Origin: Octopus vulgaris | Taxonomy: Eukaryota | Direction: 5' to 3' | Assembly: GCA_951406725.2 (NCBI GenBank) | Contig: OX597814.1 | Location: forward strand, 116,746,001 to 116,810,000 | Length of the DNA: 64,000 bases | In this document: piece after piece, positions 26,630-39,625 of the stretch | How positions within the stretch are numbered: position 1 is the stretch's first letter | Layout of the letters: every line of letters begins with the position of its first letter | Notes under the pieces: model-generated | Databases searched by the model: none | What the model was told of the DNA's origin: nothing | The model's input: the letters and a program-made list of their open reading frames with translations, nothing else | Position numbers and translations under genes: made by a program

Positions 26630-27620
26630 TTACCTCTGGATATCCTTGTTGCTTATTTTGATATCTATCAATCAATCAATCAATCATTCAATCAATCAAT
26701 CAATCAATCAATCAACCAATCTATCTATCTATCGTGTGTATAGGTGCACTATGGCCGAATACTTAAGAAGTTGGGGTTGCCAATCATTAGTTCTAGAGTT
26801 ATTTCCAACTGCGTAGCAAATCGTACCCTATTCTCCAGGTGAACACATCTCTTATCATTCAAATCAAATAGACGGGACCTGTATAGAAGCTCCACCTAAT
26901 GAGAAAAAAGCATTTTTAAGAGTGAGTTAGAGATTGAGCTGAACGGTAGATGATTCAGTGTTATTACCAACCACATTTTCACGAAAACAGCAAAAAATTT
27001 AATTAGAGAAAACCTATTAAATAAAGATGTAGCATTCAATAAATGAAATTTCTTTTATACCTCGTTTGTTACACAACGTATTTGATACGCAACATATGCA
27101 TAACATCAATCACAATAATTTCAGTAAAATCCTCCTAAGTCTAATAACAAAAGGGATATTTGTAATAAATATCAGGTATTCCCAGATAAATATCGCAGTA
27201 TATTACGATGTTGTGGTATATTCTATTATTCCCAAGTATAATTATGTAGTGAAAGCGCAAATTTGATGAAAGCGAAGCAGTACAAAATTAATACAAATTC
27301 CCTTTTTATATATATATATTTCGGTAAAGAAAAAAAATGTGAAGTCTTCACAGAAATTACATTTCATATCGATATTTTCATTCGATAGATATTGCTATTA
27401 CAAAGATTCATTCTCTATGGAAGGTATTACAAAAGAATGAATGCACGCATAATTCATAAAGCGTATTGCCAAAGAAAATCTGGCCTGATTTGAACTCATG
27501 TTGTATATATACATTTAAAACATCGCAAATCTCACATATTTCGTGCGACGCTCTCAAAATCTTACTCCATCACAGAGATAAAGAAAGATGTCTTCTTTTA
27601 TAGTGATTATACTTGTAATT

Positions 27621-27739
27621 GGTTACGGCCATATCACCTTGAAGGCACCAATTCTCGTCCGATCACCAAAGTTAAACAACGTCGAGCCTAGTTAGTACTT
27701 AGATGGGTGACCGCTTGGGAAACCTAGGTGCTGTAAGCG
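27621..27739 (+). rRNA. 5S: 5S rRNA-derived copy (dispersed, probably retroposed pseudogene)
   Basis: ~119 nt GGTTACGGCCATATCACC...CTCGTCCGATCACC.AAGTTAA.CAACGTCGAGCCTAGTTAGTACTT.GATGGGTGACCGCTTGGGAA.CCTAGGTGCTGTAAGC. Single copy, no oligo-T terminator, flanked by a 14-bp direct repeat. Confidence 0.9.
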
Positions 27740-28371
27740 TCACATATTTGCCCTTGTGGCAAAATTTATAACCATTATACTTGTAATGAATACCAGAGTG
27801 AATGGATATTGGACAACACAAAATATTGTAGCAAATCGATATGCTTGTTTATTGTAAGTAGTAAAAAAACTATCGTTTCGAGTACTTGTGATCATAGGAG
27901 TAAAACAAAAATGAAATCTGGTTTTCGGAAAGTATAATGATGGGTTAACAGAATTTGTAGTGTAGTGGACGAATTAACATCTGGTAATTATTTACGCGAT
28001 TATATATACTGAGTTCAAACACCAATAGGGTCAACTTACATTTTACCTTCCAGTGTCTATGAAATAAATACGTTGATATTATCAAGTATATTTCCCCCGC
28101 AAATCTGAAGTTTAATACTTATGTTTTCAACAACGGATGAAGTAGCAAGATGCAATGAATGAAACACGTTATTAATTTCCTCTCAGCTATGTCGTTCAAA
28201 TATTAACGTTTCTTTCAGCTTTCTTGATTTACAGTATGTGTTACATGAAATATTTAATGAATGACGTAATACAAAAAGTATATGTGTTGGAATTAAGTGA
28301 AGAACATGCAATGTCGCACAGACCTCAAGAACATGGATGTTCCCTAGTGATTAGAATAGAACTACGAGAGA

Positions 28372-28372
<1 letters not shown>

Positions 28373-28448
<76 letters not shown>

Positions 28449-28479
28449 TGATAATAATAATAATAATAATAATAATAAT
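28373..28479. repeat. (TAA)n microsatellite
   Basis: Directly visible. Confidence 0.95.
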
Positions 28480-28860
28480 GTGTGGTAAGTAGCTTGTTTA
28501 CCAACCACATGGTTCCGTGTTCAGTCCCACTGCGTGGCACCTTGGGCAAGTGTCTTCTACTACAGCCTCGTGCCGACCAAAGCCTTGTGAGTGGATTTGG
28601 TAGACGGAAACTGAAAAAAGCCCGTCGTATATATGTATATATGTGTGCGTGTATGTATGTGTGTCTGTGTTCGTCCCCCTAGCATTGCTTGACAATCGAT
28701 GCTGGTGTGTGTACGTCTCCGTCACTTAGCGGGTCGGCAAAAAGAGACCGATAGAATAAGTACTGGGCTTGCAAAGAATACGTCCGGGGTCGAGTTGCTC
28801 GATTAAAAGCGGTGCTCCAGCATGGCCGCAGTCAAATGACTGAAACAAGTAAAATACTAA
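28480..28860 (+). mobile_element. SINE-B, near full length
   Basis: TGTGGTAAGTAGCTTG head, TGGCACCTTGGGCAAGT, tail GCAGTCAAATGACTGAAACAAGTAAAA. Confidence 0.9.
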
Positions 28861-28904
28861 AGACTAAAGACATAATAATAATAATAACAATAATAATAAT
28901 AATG

Positions 28905-28969
<65 letters not shown>

Positions 28970-30634
28970 CTCTCTCCACTCCTTTTCTGCTTGGCACTGT
29001 CACCTCTATCTGATATGCTAAATAGAACTGGATGCGGATATAAATGTTACGGCAAAACGATCAGCCACCTTTTATATATGGATGACCTAAAACTATACGC
29101 TGCAAATGACAAACAGCTGGAAACACTATTAAAGACAGTTCATGGATTTACCAAAGAAATAGATATGAAATTTGGATTAGAAAAATGCGCCAAAGTAACC
29201 ATGAAAAGAGGAAAACTAGTTAAGAGTAACAACATCACACTAGATGAAGCAAATGAAATAAAAGAATTAGACCAAAGCCAAACTTACAAATACTTAGGAA
29301 TCCATGAACTAGATAAGACACAACACACACAAATGAAAGAGAAAATAAAAAAAGAATATTATAGACGAGTTAGATCAATACTAAACACAGAGCTCAATGC
29401 TAAAAACAAGATAATAGGTATCAACACTTTAGCTGTCCCAGTTATAAGTTACAGCTACAATATCCTTAACTGGACACGAAATGAACTGACCAAAATAGAC
29501 AGGAAAACAAGAAAAATAATGACAGGATCTAGGATGCATCACCCAAAATCTGACATAGAAAGACTATATATACAACGTATAGAAGGTGGTAGAGGCCTTA
29601 TACAGCTGGAAAACTACTATAAAATAACCACCATAGGACTGCAAAAATATCTACTTCAGAAGGAAGGAAAACTGATCCAGATAGCGGCAAAACACGAGCA
29701 AAACAAAAAACTGTTCTCAGTATTTAAGGAAGCTGACAAATACAAACAAGAAATCATACCACCTAATAAACATGAAGAAGAAGAAGAAGAAGATGAAGAA
29801 ACAACAAAAGCTATAAAAAAAATGAAATCCAAACTAAAAATAGAACAGCAACGAACCATGATAAAACGATGGCAAGAAAAGCCCCTTCATGGTAAATACT
29901 GGACTAAACTAAACGCAAAAGAAATAGACAAAGAAAAATCCCAGCAATGGTTGAGAAGCTCAGGACTCAAAGCAGAAACAGAGGGATTTTTAATTGCAGC
30001 ACAAGACCAAAGCCTCCCCACCAGAAATTACCAAAAACATGTAATGAAAAGAAATATTACAAGTAACTGCAGAATATGTGGAGATGGACAAGAAACAATA
30101 AATCATATTATCTCTAGCTGCCCAGTCCTGGCTAAGAAGGAATATATTCACAGACATGACAGAGTTGGAACCTACATACATCGGAAGCTATGCCAACATT
30201 ATGGAATAACAACAAAAAAGATGGTATAGGCACACACCAGAAAAGGTCACAGAAAACGAGAAAGCAACCATACTCTGGGATATGCCGATACACACAGATA
30301 GAGAAATTAAGGCCAACAGACCAGATATAGTTGTCAGAGATCATGAAGAAAAAAATGCTTTCTAATTGATGTATCAATACCGGCAGATGACAACGTGTCT
30401 CTAAAAGAAATGGAGAAACTCTCAAAATACAAAGACCTGGAAATAGAGGTAACTAGAATGTGGAATCTGAAAACAGAAACAATTCCTATCATAGTAGGTG
30501 CATTAGGCATGATAAAAAAATATTCAGACAAATACATAACAAAAACACCAGGACTTACAAACACATATAACATACAGAAAATTGCACTACTAGGCACTGC
30601 ACACATCCTACGCAGAACACTTTCCATACAATAA
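28970..30634 (+). CDS. Partial RT-zinc finger-restriction-like endonuclease polyprotein (two 1-nt frameshifts near 30215 and 30350)
   Basis: LSPLLFCLAL, HLLYMDDLKLY, KYLG, CRICG..ETINHIISSC..RHD, NRPDIVV..LIDVSIP..EKLSKYKDL; stop codon at 30632-30634. Confidence 0.88.
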
Positions 30635-30740
30635 CCATCAGAGCATCACAACAAATCACAGCACATACCCAAGGCACACAGAGCTGCGCTCGGTAGTGAA
30701 GTGAAAGCACGCTATAAAAATAAAAATAAAACTACTGAAT
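28970..30740 (+). mobile_element. 5'-truncated R4/Dong-clade (RLE) non-LTR retrotransposon inserted in (TAA)n
   Basis: RT C-terminal half, CCHC finger, RLE domain and short 3' UTR, with (TAA)n on both sides (28873-28969, 30739-30838). Confidence 0.92.
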
Positions 30741-30749
30741 AATAATAAT

Positions 30750-30830
<81 letters not shown>

Positions 30831-31002
30831 TATAATAACAGGATTCTAAGCACTTGAAAGACTGTTGAAAATTTGTGGACACCAAAAGTCACTGGTAGTA
30901 AACCACTACCCACATAAATCCTACCAGGAATCAGACTAAACCTGAGCCAAACCAAAACAACAACAAAACAACAACAACAACGACAACAATAATAATAATG
31001 AA

Positions 31003-31560
31003 GTCTTTAATTGATCACAAAGACTTAAGACACGGGAGACTGAATCAGAGGTCGAGATAAAATTCACAAAAATACAGGTGGAGTATACATCGATCAAAAT
31101 GTGACACAACAATATTAAGTAATATAACAAAGGATATATAAACAGAAGTTAGAGAAATGAATAATTAATAAATGAACTACCCAAGATCGGGTTAGACAAG
31201 TTAGAGTAATTAGGGTACACGTCGCGTAAAAGACCCGATGCCTGGGAATTGCTCTCTTCCAGTTTCTTTTCTACTATTTAGAAAAGCATACTCAGAGTAG
31301 ATCCATTCAGTCTCACCAACCTTGCCGCTTACGTCCACCTTTTGGTAAACACACATGAAAGCAACGCCGCCCACTCTACCCTCACGTTTCTCTGCAAATG
31401 ATATTTGAAACAACTGACGGGGTATTGAACAGATAGGAAAGGGCCAGTCTTCAAACGGGCCCACCATACAGCCTCTTATACCACAGCCACTAAGCAAAGA
31501 AACATCTGCCTTCCAAGTTTGCTAAAGAAAGGCGTTACACCGATCTTCACACTACTGAAC
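31003..31560 (-). mobile_element. L1/Tx1-like LINE 3' fragment
   Basis: Minus strand LCLVAVV*EAVWWARL...FKYHLQRNVRVEWAALLSCVFTKRW, homologous to the 62950 insert, followed by 3' UTR. Confidence 0.55.
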
Positions 31561-31599
31561 AATTGAAATAATAACCGTGATGATAATGATGATGATAAT

Positions 31600-31990
31600 A
31601 TTACGAAGTTTGTGCTCAATTAAGAGAGCACACGTGATACCAATAGTAATTGGTGAACTTAGAAGTATCAGCACTCAACTTCCAACATTGCTAAACAAGA
31701 TCGGTACAAGTGTGAATGTAGAACACCTTAAAAAATCATCATTGCTTGGAACTGAAAGAATTCTTCGCAGGTTTCTTGAAGCATGACCAGTAAATTTTGG
31801 CAAAATACCATTAAGTTTAGTGAGATGTGCTAACTGATTGCGCTTAACTGGGATATCATTTCATCGATCTCCAAAGGACGAAAGGCGAAGTCGACTTCGC
31901 TGGCATTTGAACTCAGAAGTGTCACCTTCGTCTTCTGGCTGTGGACAGCTGACACTTTCCATCATAACCAGCAAAATAAGTTCAGGGTTT
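31600..31990 (+). mobile_element. Old Dong/R4-type 3' end fragment, interrupted by a 127-bp copy of nearby SINE sequence
   Basis: VIPIVIGEL...LKKSSLLGTERILRRFL parallels TIPIIVGAL...IQKIALLGTAHILRRTL at 30480-30630. Confidence 0.7.
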
Positions 31991-32139
31991 TCGTATAATA
32001 ATAGCAATAATAATGATAATAACAAAAAGATGAAGTAGACTGACATGTAATTTTTGAACCTGTGGAAGGCACGCTAGATGCCGAAATATCGCTCAACTAA
32101 TTTCACATGTTAACTATGGTACTCTTCTATTTCTTTCTC

Positions 32140-32179
<40 letters not shown>

Positions 32180-32180
<1 letters not shown>

Positions 32181-32392
32181 CCTTCCTCTTATAGGCACAA
32201 GGCCTGAAATTTTAGGGGAGGGGGCCATTCGATTAGCGCGACCCAGTACACAATTGGTACTTATTTTATCGACCCTAAAAGGATGGAAGGTAAAGTTAAC
32301 CACGGTGGAATTTGAACTCAGAACATATAGACGGGCGAAATACTGCTAAGAATTTCCTCCGGGATGCTAACGAATCTGCCAGCTCAGCGCTT
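32180..32392 (-). mobile_element. SINE-A
   Basis: GGAATTTGAACTCAGAAC motif with a TAA-repeat tail on the left. Confidence 0.8.
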
Positions 32393-32413
32393 TTATAATA
32401 CTAATATTTATAC

Positions 32414-32460
32414 TAATAATAACAATAATAATAACAACAACAATAATAATAATAATAATG

Positions 32461-32554
<94 letters not shown>

Positions 32555-32556
32555 TC

Positions 32557-32594
<38 letters not shown>
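32414..32594. repeat. (TAA)n microsatellite
   Basis: Directly visible. Confidence 0.95.
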
Positions 32595-32626
32595 TATGAT
32601 GATGATGTTATTAATAATGACAAAAG

Positions 32627-32830
32627 TTTCAAATTTTGGCAAAATACCATTAAGTTTAGTGAGATGTGCTAACTGATTGCGCTTAACTGGGATATCATTT
32701 CATCGATCTCCAAAGGACGAAAGGCGAAGTCGACTTCGCTGGCATTTGAACTCAGAATACAAAGAACCGAAAGGAAAAAAAAAAAGAACCGCGCGGCATT
32801 TTGTCTCATCACTATCGGTTCTGATATATC
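32627..32830 (-). mobile_element. SINE-A, diverged
   Basis: TTTCAAATTTTGGC tail and GCATTTGAACTCAGAA motif. Confidence 0.7.
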
Positions 32831-33370
32831 AATGTTCGTAATTGGACTATAATTTTCAACCCTGTACAAATTCGTGCTATAAGTGACCAGCAAAATAAAT
32901 TCCAGTCGAGTTACTTCATTTCTGTCCACGAATAAATGACAAAATTAAAATAATCTAACGATTAATAAAAGCATACAGAAAGTGGACTTGGAATTGTTAT
33001 CGGAAGACAGCCTAGAAACTAATGAAATATTTTATGCATTTCATATTCAGAGGTATAATGGTCGTATATAAATTGTAGTTAAAGTTAAAGCAGAGACTAA
33101 AGATAATCTCCATACAAATGCTAACTGACGTTAAATGCAATTGCGTAACATGTCGAGGTCTAAAGACAGGAAAGGTGATTATAATCCTACTTGTCGTGTT
33201 TAAGGACAATGAACTGTAACTACAAATGTTACAGAATAGAAGTTGTGCGCATTTGTAATGCTAAGGAGTCGATATACGCTGTCTCATTAATTAATTCCCG
33301 CGCTTCCGTCTTGACATGTAATGCCATAGAATAATCTAAATTACAGCCTCGTCAACGACAACAGCAACCG

Positions 33371-33436
<66 letters not shown>

Positions 33437-33449
33437 AACTACTACTACC

Positions 33450-33519
<70 letters not shown>
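33371..33519. repeat. (TAC)n microsatellite
   Basis: Directly visible. Confidence 0.95.
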
Positions 33520-33523
<4 letters not shown>

Positions 33524-35457
33524 TAATGGTGTCAATAGTACAATAGTAAAGAAGACGTAATACTAAAATTAAAGAAATGAACTTCACGTATAAAAGTACT
33601 CTAGCTTACCAAAATATTCCAGCCACATCTATTCCGATAATCGTTGCTTAAACACCTTCAAGGTCATCACATTGTAATAACTTAGCCCTAGTGAGAATAG
33701 ATTACATTGGCTATCGGCCAATGGCTAATACAAGGACATATTTATTACTCTAAGCATAAACCGGTAAGGCATACTACTTCGATATAAGTGAGTTTCAAGA
33801 AAAGATTATTTCACAGTGCATGTAAGCGAAATATTGGTAAGTTCTCTTTCCTAAGAATAAAAAGTAGAAAAAATGTGTCACCCAAATACCAAGTACACGG
33901 TGACTATAAGGTTACTCATAAGTCAAAAGAGACACTAAACCGACGAAATATCGTAGAACAGAAGCCCATGAGAGTTAGGTTGTATACGCATATAAGAGCT
34001 TTCGTTCTCATGTCAATCTCTAGGAAATAAAATTTGTTTATCATTAACATTTCTAGGTGTCTCTCACCAAATACAGACACACGAATATTGAACAGCGAAC
34101 ATTTAGAACACATGATATCAAGTACCATACACTTGAATAACCGCTCACAACAACATAATATTTATGAGATAGTAAACATCACTGTTGCTATATCTAAAAC
34201 TGCGTATAATCGAACAAGACTATAATCGGAGACATTAAAGCTATAAGTATCTACATTTTTTTTTATCTGCACGTAATCCTGCGTCACATGAACCAAAATG
34301 TCCTTTGCTAAGACAGTAGCATGTGATTTGAAGGCGATTTGATTGTCAGCTACAGTAGACCCAGCATAGACGTCCTGAGTCTCTTTCACTGGCTTGACTT
34401 TGCCAATAAATAAACAAGTGTAGGCTTTCTATGCATGAAACCCACGTTATTATGGTCGATAATGGATAATATTCTAAATAATGTATTGTAATCACATTAG
34501 TGAATGACTGTTTCGCACTGACTAGTAAATTCGCTCTAAACATATTCATTGCTGACACTATTCAAGCAAATGATCAACCAACTGGAAAACAAACCATTAG
34601 CCACCAGTTTGTCCCCTTACTCTCGTTCATTCATTTCATTTCTCTCTATTTTTACTAATATTACAACAGATAAAAATTAGTGTATTATGTTCCATCCAAA
34701 TAAATATATTTACTGTGTGTCTAAATAGTCACACACAGATCCGGAACTGAAATCGTTAACCAATCTTGGAATGTAAACCTTCCATAAATACCTCCTTGCT
34801 CATTGCTTTGTGGCCGATATATCGATCTGCAAAGGTAAATCAGGGCAGTAATCGTATCGCTCTGCAATGCAACTTGTTTTTGTTCTGTTGCAGAAAGTAT
34901 TACAAAAATCATCCTTTCACATTGGGCATTAAAAACCTATACAAATGAAATTTGTATATTTGTATTCCAAGTTGGAAAATAAAATCAGAGTGGAAGAAAG
35001 AGTGGGGTCAGTGAATGATACTTCTAATTTATTAAATTATATATCTGTTTCTTTCTATCACGAAGAAATGTTGAATACTGGAGTTCATTTTATGTCGTAA
35101 ATGAAACCCACCTCTTTAACGAATTAGTGATCATCGCAATATTAACGTTTAGATTCGGATAAGAAAAGTGACACTTACAGATCCAAATGCTACCTGTTGA
35201 AAGCTCCGCATACCAGATGACATCAAGTTTCAGTTGGGAATGCCTATTTCTCAACGGCCTACTTCTGGGGGCCTACTTCTCGACGGCATCATTGCGCAAC
35301 GGCTCCCATCGCTGAAATGAGACCCCGCTTGCTAGATCAACAGGTTATCAGATTTAGCTCAACATTCTTCTAGTAATTGCTCATCGTCTCTTTAAAAATA
35401 TATGCATATACATACATATACTTATACATATACTTATACATACACAAACATATACAG

Positions 35458-35548
<91 letters not shown>

Positions 35549-35894
35549 TAAGAAAAGGGAGAAGAATTTCGATTATCACGACATGGTGAGTTGTAATGTA
35601 AAAATATATATATATATATATATAAGAAAAGAAGTAAAATGAACACAGTTTAAATAGTTTTAATATAATTTTTGACATATTTAATGAGTAAAAGTGCATT
35701 GTGTGTCCACCGGTTTCACTTTCGCTAGTCAAGACATTGAAATTGTTGTAATTTCGCATTTTCTTAACATGGACTAAGATATTCTTTGGAAAATACGAAA
35801 TTACAACAATCTCAATGTGATGATTAGCGAAAGCGAAACCGGTTGACAAACACAATACTCTGTCACTGAAACAAGTAAAAAAGTAAAAAGACTA

Positions 35895-36419
35895 AAGAGT
35901 AATTACTGTATCGTTCATATTCTGTTGCCGCCAGTTTTCTCGAGATCAAGCGAATTTTCATCTCGTCTTCCTGATCTTTATATTCTTTTTCGAAGATTTG
36001 CTCATGCCTTTTGTAGTATGCTTCGAAGGTAACTCCTTCGTCAGGTTTGTATTTGAACTCTGTTATGGAGTTCGAGAAGACATTTTCTGAATTTCCTGAC
36101 GACTTCCGTAATTGCCGCATTTGTTGCTGTAAAATTTGTTGTTGTTGCTTCTGCTGTTATTGTCTTTCAGTTGTTGCTTCAGTTGTTTTTGCATACAGAT
36201 GTAGCCGCTGCTGTTATATTCTATAAATGTTGGATTGCTATAACACCAACTTCAGTATACAATATACCTAGTGAGACCAGTAAAGACACAACTATCTCTG
36301 AACGCCTACTACCTACTCCGGTACATCCCTTTACTTATAGTGACCATGTTATAGTGACCATGTTATAGTGACCATGTCTCGTGGGAGGGGTGTACCATTA
36401 TTACTTATTCCATACAACA
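35895..36419 (-). mobile_element. Ty3/Gypsy remnant: short LTR-like segment, PBS-like TTGGTG and gag N-terminus
   Basis: Q-rich leader, then ITEFKYKPDEGVTFEAYYKRHEQIF...KIRLISRKL...YERYSNY (K02A2.6-like gag pattern). TGTTGTA start at 36419; 14-bp repeat x3 at 36335-36376. Confidence 0.65.
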
Positions 36420-36513
36420 CTGACATACATATAAAAATACACACATACATATATAAATGTAGTTAAACCTAACATAAAAAATATGTATACATATACATAT
36501 ATATACGCGCGCG

Positions 36514-36551
<38 letters not shown>

Positions 36552-36625
36552 CCTACATATACATACAGATATACGTTCATTTATATACTCCCATCCATGT
36601 ATATATATACATATGTATATAGCTC

Positions 36626-36699
<74 letters not shown>

Positions 36700-37142
36700 C
36701 GTACATACAGAATACAGATATACGTATACACATATACATGCATTAACACACACGCACACATGAACACACACACACACATAAACATATACATATTTATATA
36801 TGCATATACACAACCACTCACACATACACACATGTTATTTTGAATGGAACTTATCAAGTGTCGTTTTAATAGCCTGTTGAAGAAGGCTGCTTCAATAAAT
36901 CACCGGAAAAAAAAAGAATATCGAATATAAATGAAGTATGACAATATGATATATGGAACATCTTGGTGCCATGACTGAGTGTTATTACAGTGTTACACCT
37001 ACTAAAATATGACTTCTAATGCAATATCCTCTGCGGTATTCTTTTACATATTGTTTCGGTAAGAAACACCTGGTGTAAGAAACGCACAATCACACGCACC
37101 TCGCACACACACGTATAGATCTATACATCTATATTTCTATCA

Positions 37143-37480
37143 TTCGCATGGCTCAGTGGTTAGAGCGTCGAGCTTACGATCGTGAGGTTGTGAGCTCGAA
37201 TCCCGGACCGGGCTGCGTGTTGTGTTCTCGAGCAAGGCATTTTATTTCACGTTGCTCCAGTTCACTCAGCTGTAGAAATGAGTTGCGACGTCACAGGTGC
37301 CAAGCTGTATCGACCTTTGTCTTTCCCTTGGATAACACTGGTGGCGTGGAGAGGGGAGGCTGGTATGCATGGGCGACTGCTAGCCTTCCATAAACAACCT
37401 TGCCCGGACTTGTGTCTAGGAGGGTAACTTTCTAGGTGCAATCCCATGGTCATTCATGACCGAAGGGGGTCTTTACCTTT
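37143..37480 (+). mobile_element. tRNA-headed SINE
   Basis: TGGCTCAGTGGTTAGAGC A box and GCTCGAATCCC B box, followed by a non-tRNA body. Confidence 0.75.
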
Positions 37481-37544
37481 ATCCATATCAATAATTTTCT
37501 ATTTGTCTGTCACTTTGTCAGTCTGTCTGTCTTTGTGTGACTGC

Positions 37545-37666
<122 letters not shown>

Positions 37667-37719
37667 GACTGCATGTCTGTCTGCATGTCTGTCTGTCTGT
37701 CTGTCTTTCTGTCATTCTT

Positions 37720-38660
37720 CTCATTAGTCTGGCAGATGAACAGGAGCGTGATTTACTCGAGCCTGAAAAGATATGTAAGGCCTTTCATCAACAATTTGCC
37801 CGACTGTTCGGGACAACTGGTGGTTCAGAAGGCAAAGTGGACGTTAGTGCCTACCTGCATAGCTTGCCACCACTCTCGGCAACAGAGGCGGAGTGTTGTG
37901 AAAGAGCCGTCACAGCCGCGGACGGACGGGATGCGATGGCAGGCTGCGCGGGAGACAAGTCGGCAGGCTTGGATGGTCTGCCCTACGGACTTTACTTTCA
38001 TACGCTAGACTTGTTTAGAGGTATCTTGGCAGCTCTCTACTGCAACTAGCACCAAAACGGGATTATCCCCGTCTCTGTAAAGCGAGATGCGCCGGCACTA
38101 CTAAAGAAATATCCAAACAAGTAGAATGTCATAGATAACTTCAGGCCCATCACTCTTCTCCATGCAGATTTGAAGATTTTGGTCAATGTGTTAGCCAAGA
38201 TGTTTGCGCTTGTCATAGGGGAAACTGGCCGAGAAGACGCAAACGTGCGCTGTGCCAGGTAGATGTATCCCTGACAACCACCATCCGATGCGCTGCATCA
38301 AACACAGTGTAGTTTGGATCACGCGAACGCTTTCGCTAGGGTAGACCATCGCTACTTGGAGGCTGTCCTTAGAACGGCTGGCTTAGGTCCGTCTCCCGCG
38401 GTAGAATCGCTGCTTTATACAGCACCTTCCGCTTGGTAGTTCGCTTAGATGATCATCTGTCCAGTCCATTTGACATCATGCGTTCGGTTCGTCAAGGATA
38501 CCCCCTCTCGTCGCTTTTGTGCGTATTGACTTTTGAATCACTACTGCGGTTGCTGTCGACGCTGAATGGCATACGCGGACGACGTCACCGTCATTGTGTC
38601 GAGTCACAGGCATATCGACCTGGTCGTCGAGACACTAAGAGAATGCAAAGCGGAAAACGG
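37720..38660 (+). mobile_element. Decayed L1/Tx1-clade LINE reverse transcriptase
   Basis: KSAGLDGLPYGLY, NFRPITLLHADLKILVNVLA, RSVRQGYPLSSLL and AYADDVTVIV, with stops and frameshifts. Confidence 0.85.
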
Positions 38661-38921
38661 AGAAATATTTATTGCCACCCGGCAACGAACAGCAAGCACT
38701 AGTACTAGACACGTCAACGCCGGGTCATAGTGTTGGTAATTATTATATATATATTGAAACATATACTTCTAATGATACGTATATGAGTACATATAAATAT
38801 ATTCAACCATATATGAGTGTATATACATACACACACACGTGTATGTGCATGCTCGCATATATTTATATATCTGTGTGTGTGCATGTGTGTCTACGTTTGC
38901 ATATATACGTGTGTATATATA

Positions 38922-38953
<32 letters not shown>

Positions 38954-39267
38954 CATAAATTATATTTAGTCTTCGAAAAACGTGGTATATTAATAAGCTG
39001 AAGTAAAAACTTTAATGTTTAGGATTATTTTAAAAGCAATGAATATTATTATAACTAAGATGGATGATTGTGAGTCTACAACAGAACACCTTATTAAATG
39101 CATCGCTTCTTCATAAAATATGTATGCTGAAGAAAGTTTTAAAGTTGAATAAAGAAATAACAATTTAGCGTCCTCAATCAGGTTGTTTCTATTTTTAATA
39201 ATAGTTTATGCATTATTTACTGCTGTGTGACCAAGTTATATTTCATAAATACCTATTGAAAGTGACT

Positions 39268-39625
39268 CTTTTACTTCTTTCAGTCATTTGACTGCGGCCA
39301 TGTTGTTGCACCGCTTGGAGTCGAGGAAATCGACCCCAGGACCTATTATTTGTAAGCCTAGTACTTATTCGATCGGTTTCTTTGCCGAACCGCTAAGTTA
39401 CAGGGACGTAAACACGTCAGCATCGGTTGTCAAGCGATGTTAGATATGGGGTACAAGCACAGACACACAAACACATACACATATACATATATACGACTGT
39501 CTTCTTTCAGATTGCATCTACCAAATCCACTCAGAAGGCTCTGGTCGGCCCTAGGCTATAGTAGAAGACACTTGCCCAAGTTTCCACGACACAGCGGGAC
39601 TGAACCCGGAACCATGCTTGTTATG
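39268..39625 (-). mobile_element. SINE-B
   Basis: Reverse complement of the 28480 family. Confidence 0.85.

Larger units (their letters stand above)
26257..26661. mobile_element. Divergent inverted pair of hammerhead-bearing units (pLTR-like)
   Basis: Arm 26257-~26412 is the reverse complement of ~26495-26661. Flanked by (TCTA)n and (TCAA)n. Confidence 0.75.

Noticed and set aside
37143-37215. tRNA gene (also heads at 332, 17219 and 18407)
   Set aside because: A/B boxes run directly into SINE bodies, with no clean acceptor stem or terminator.
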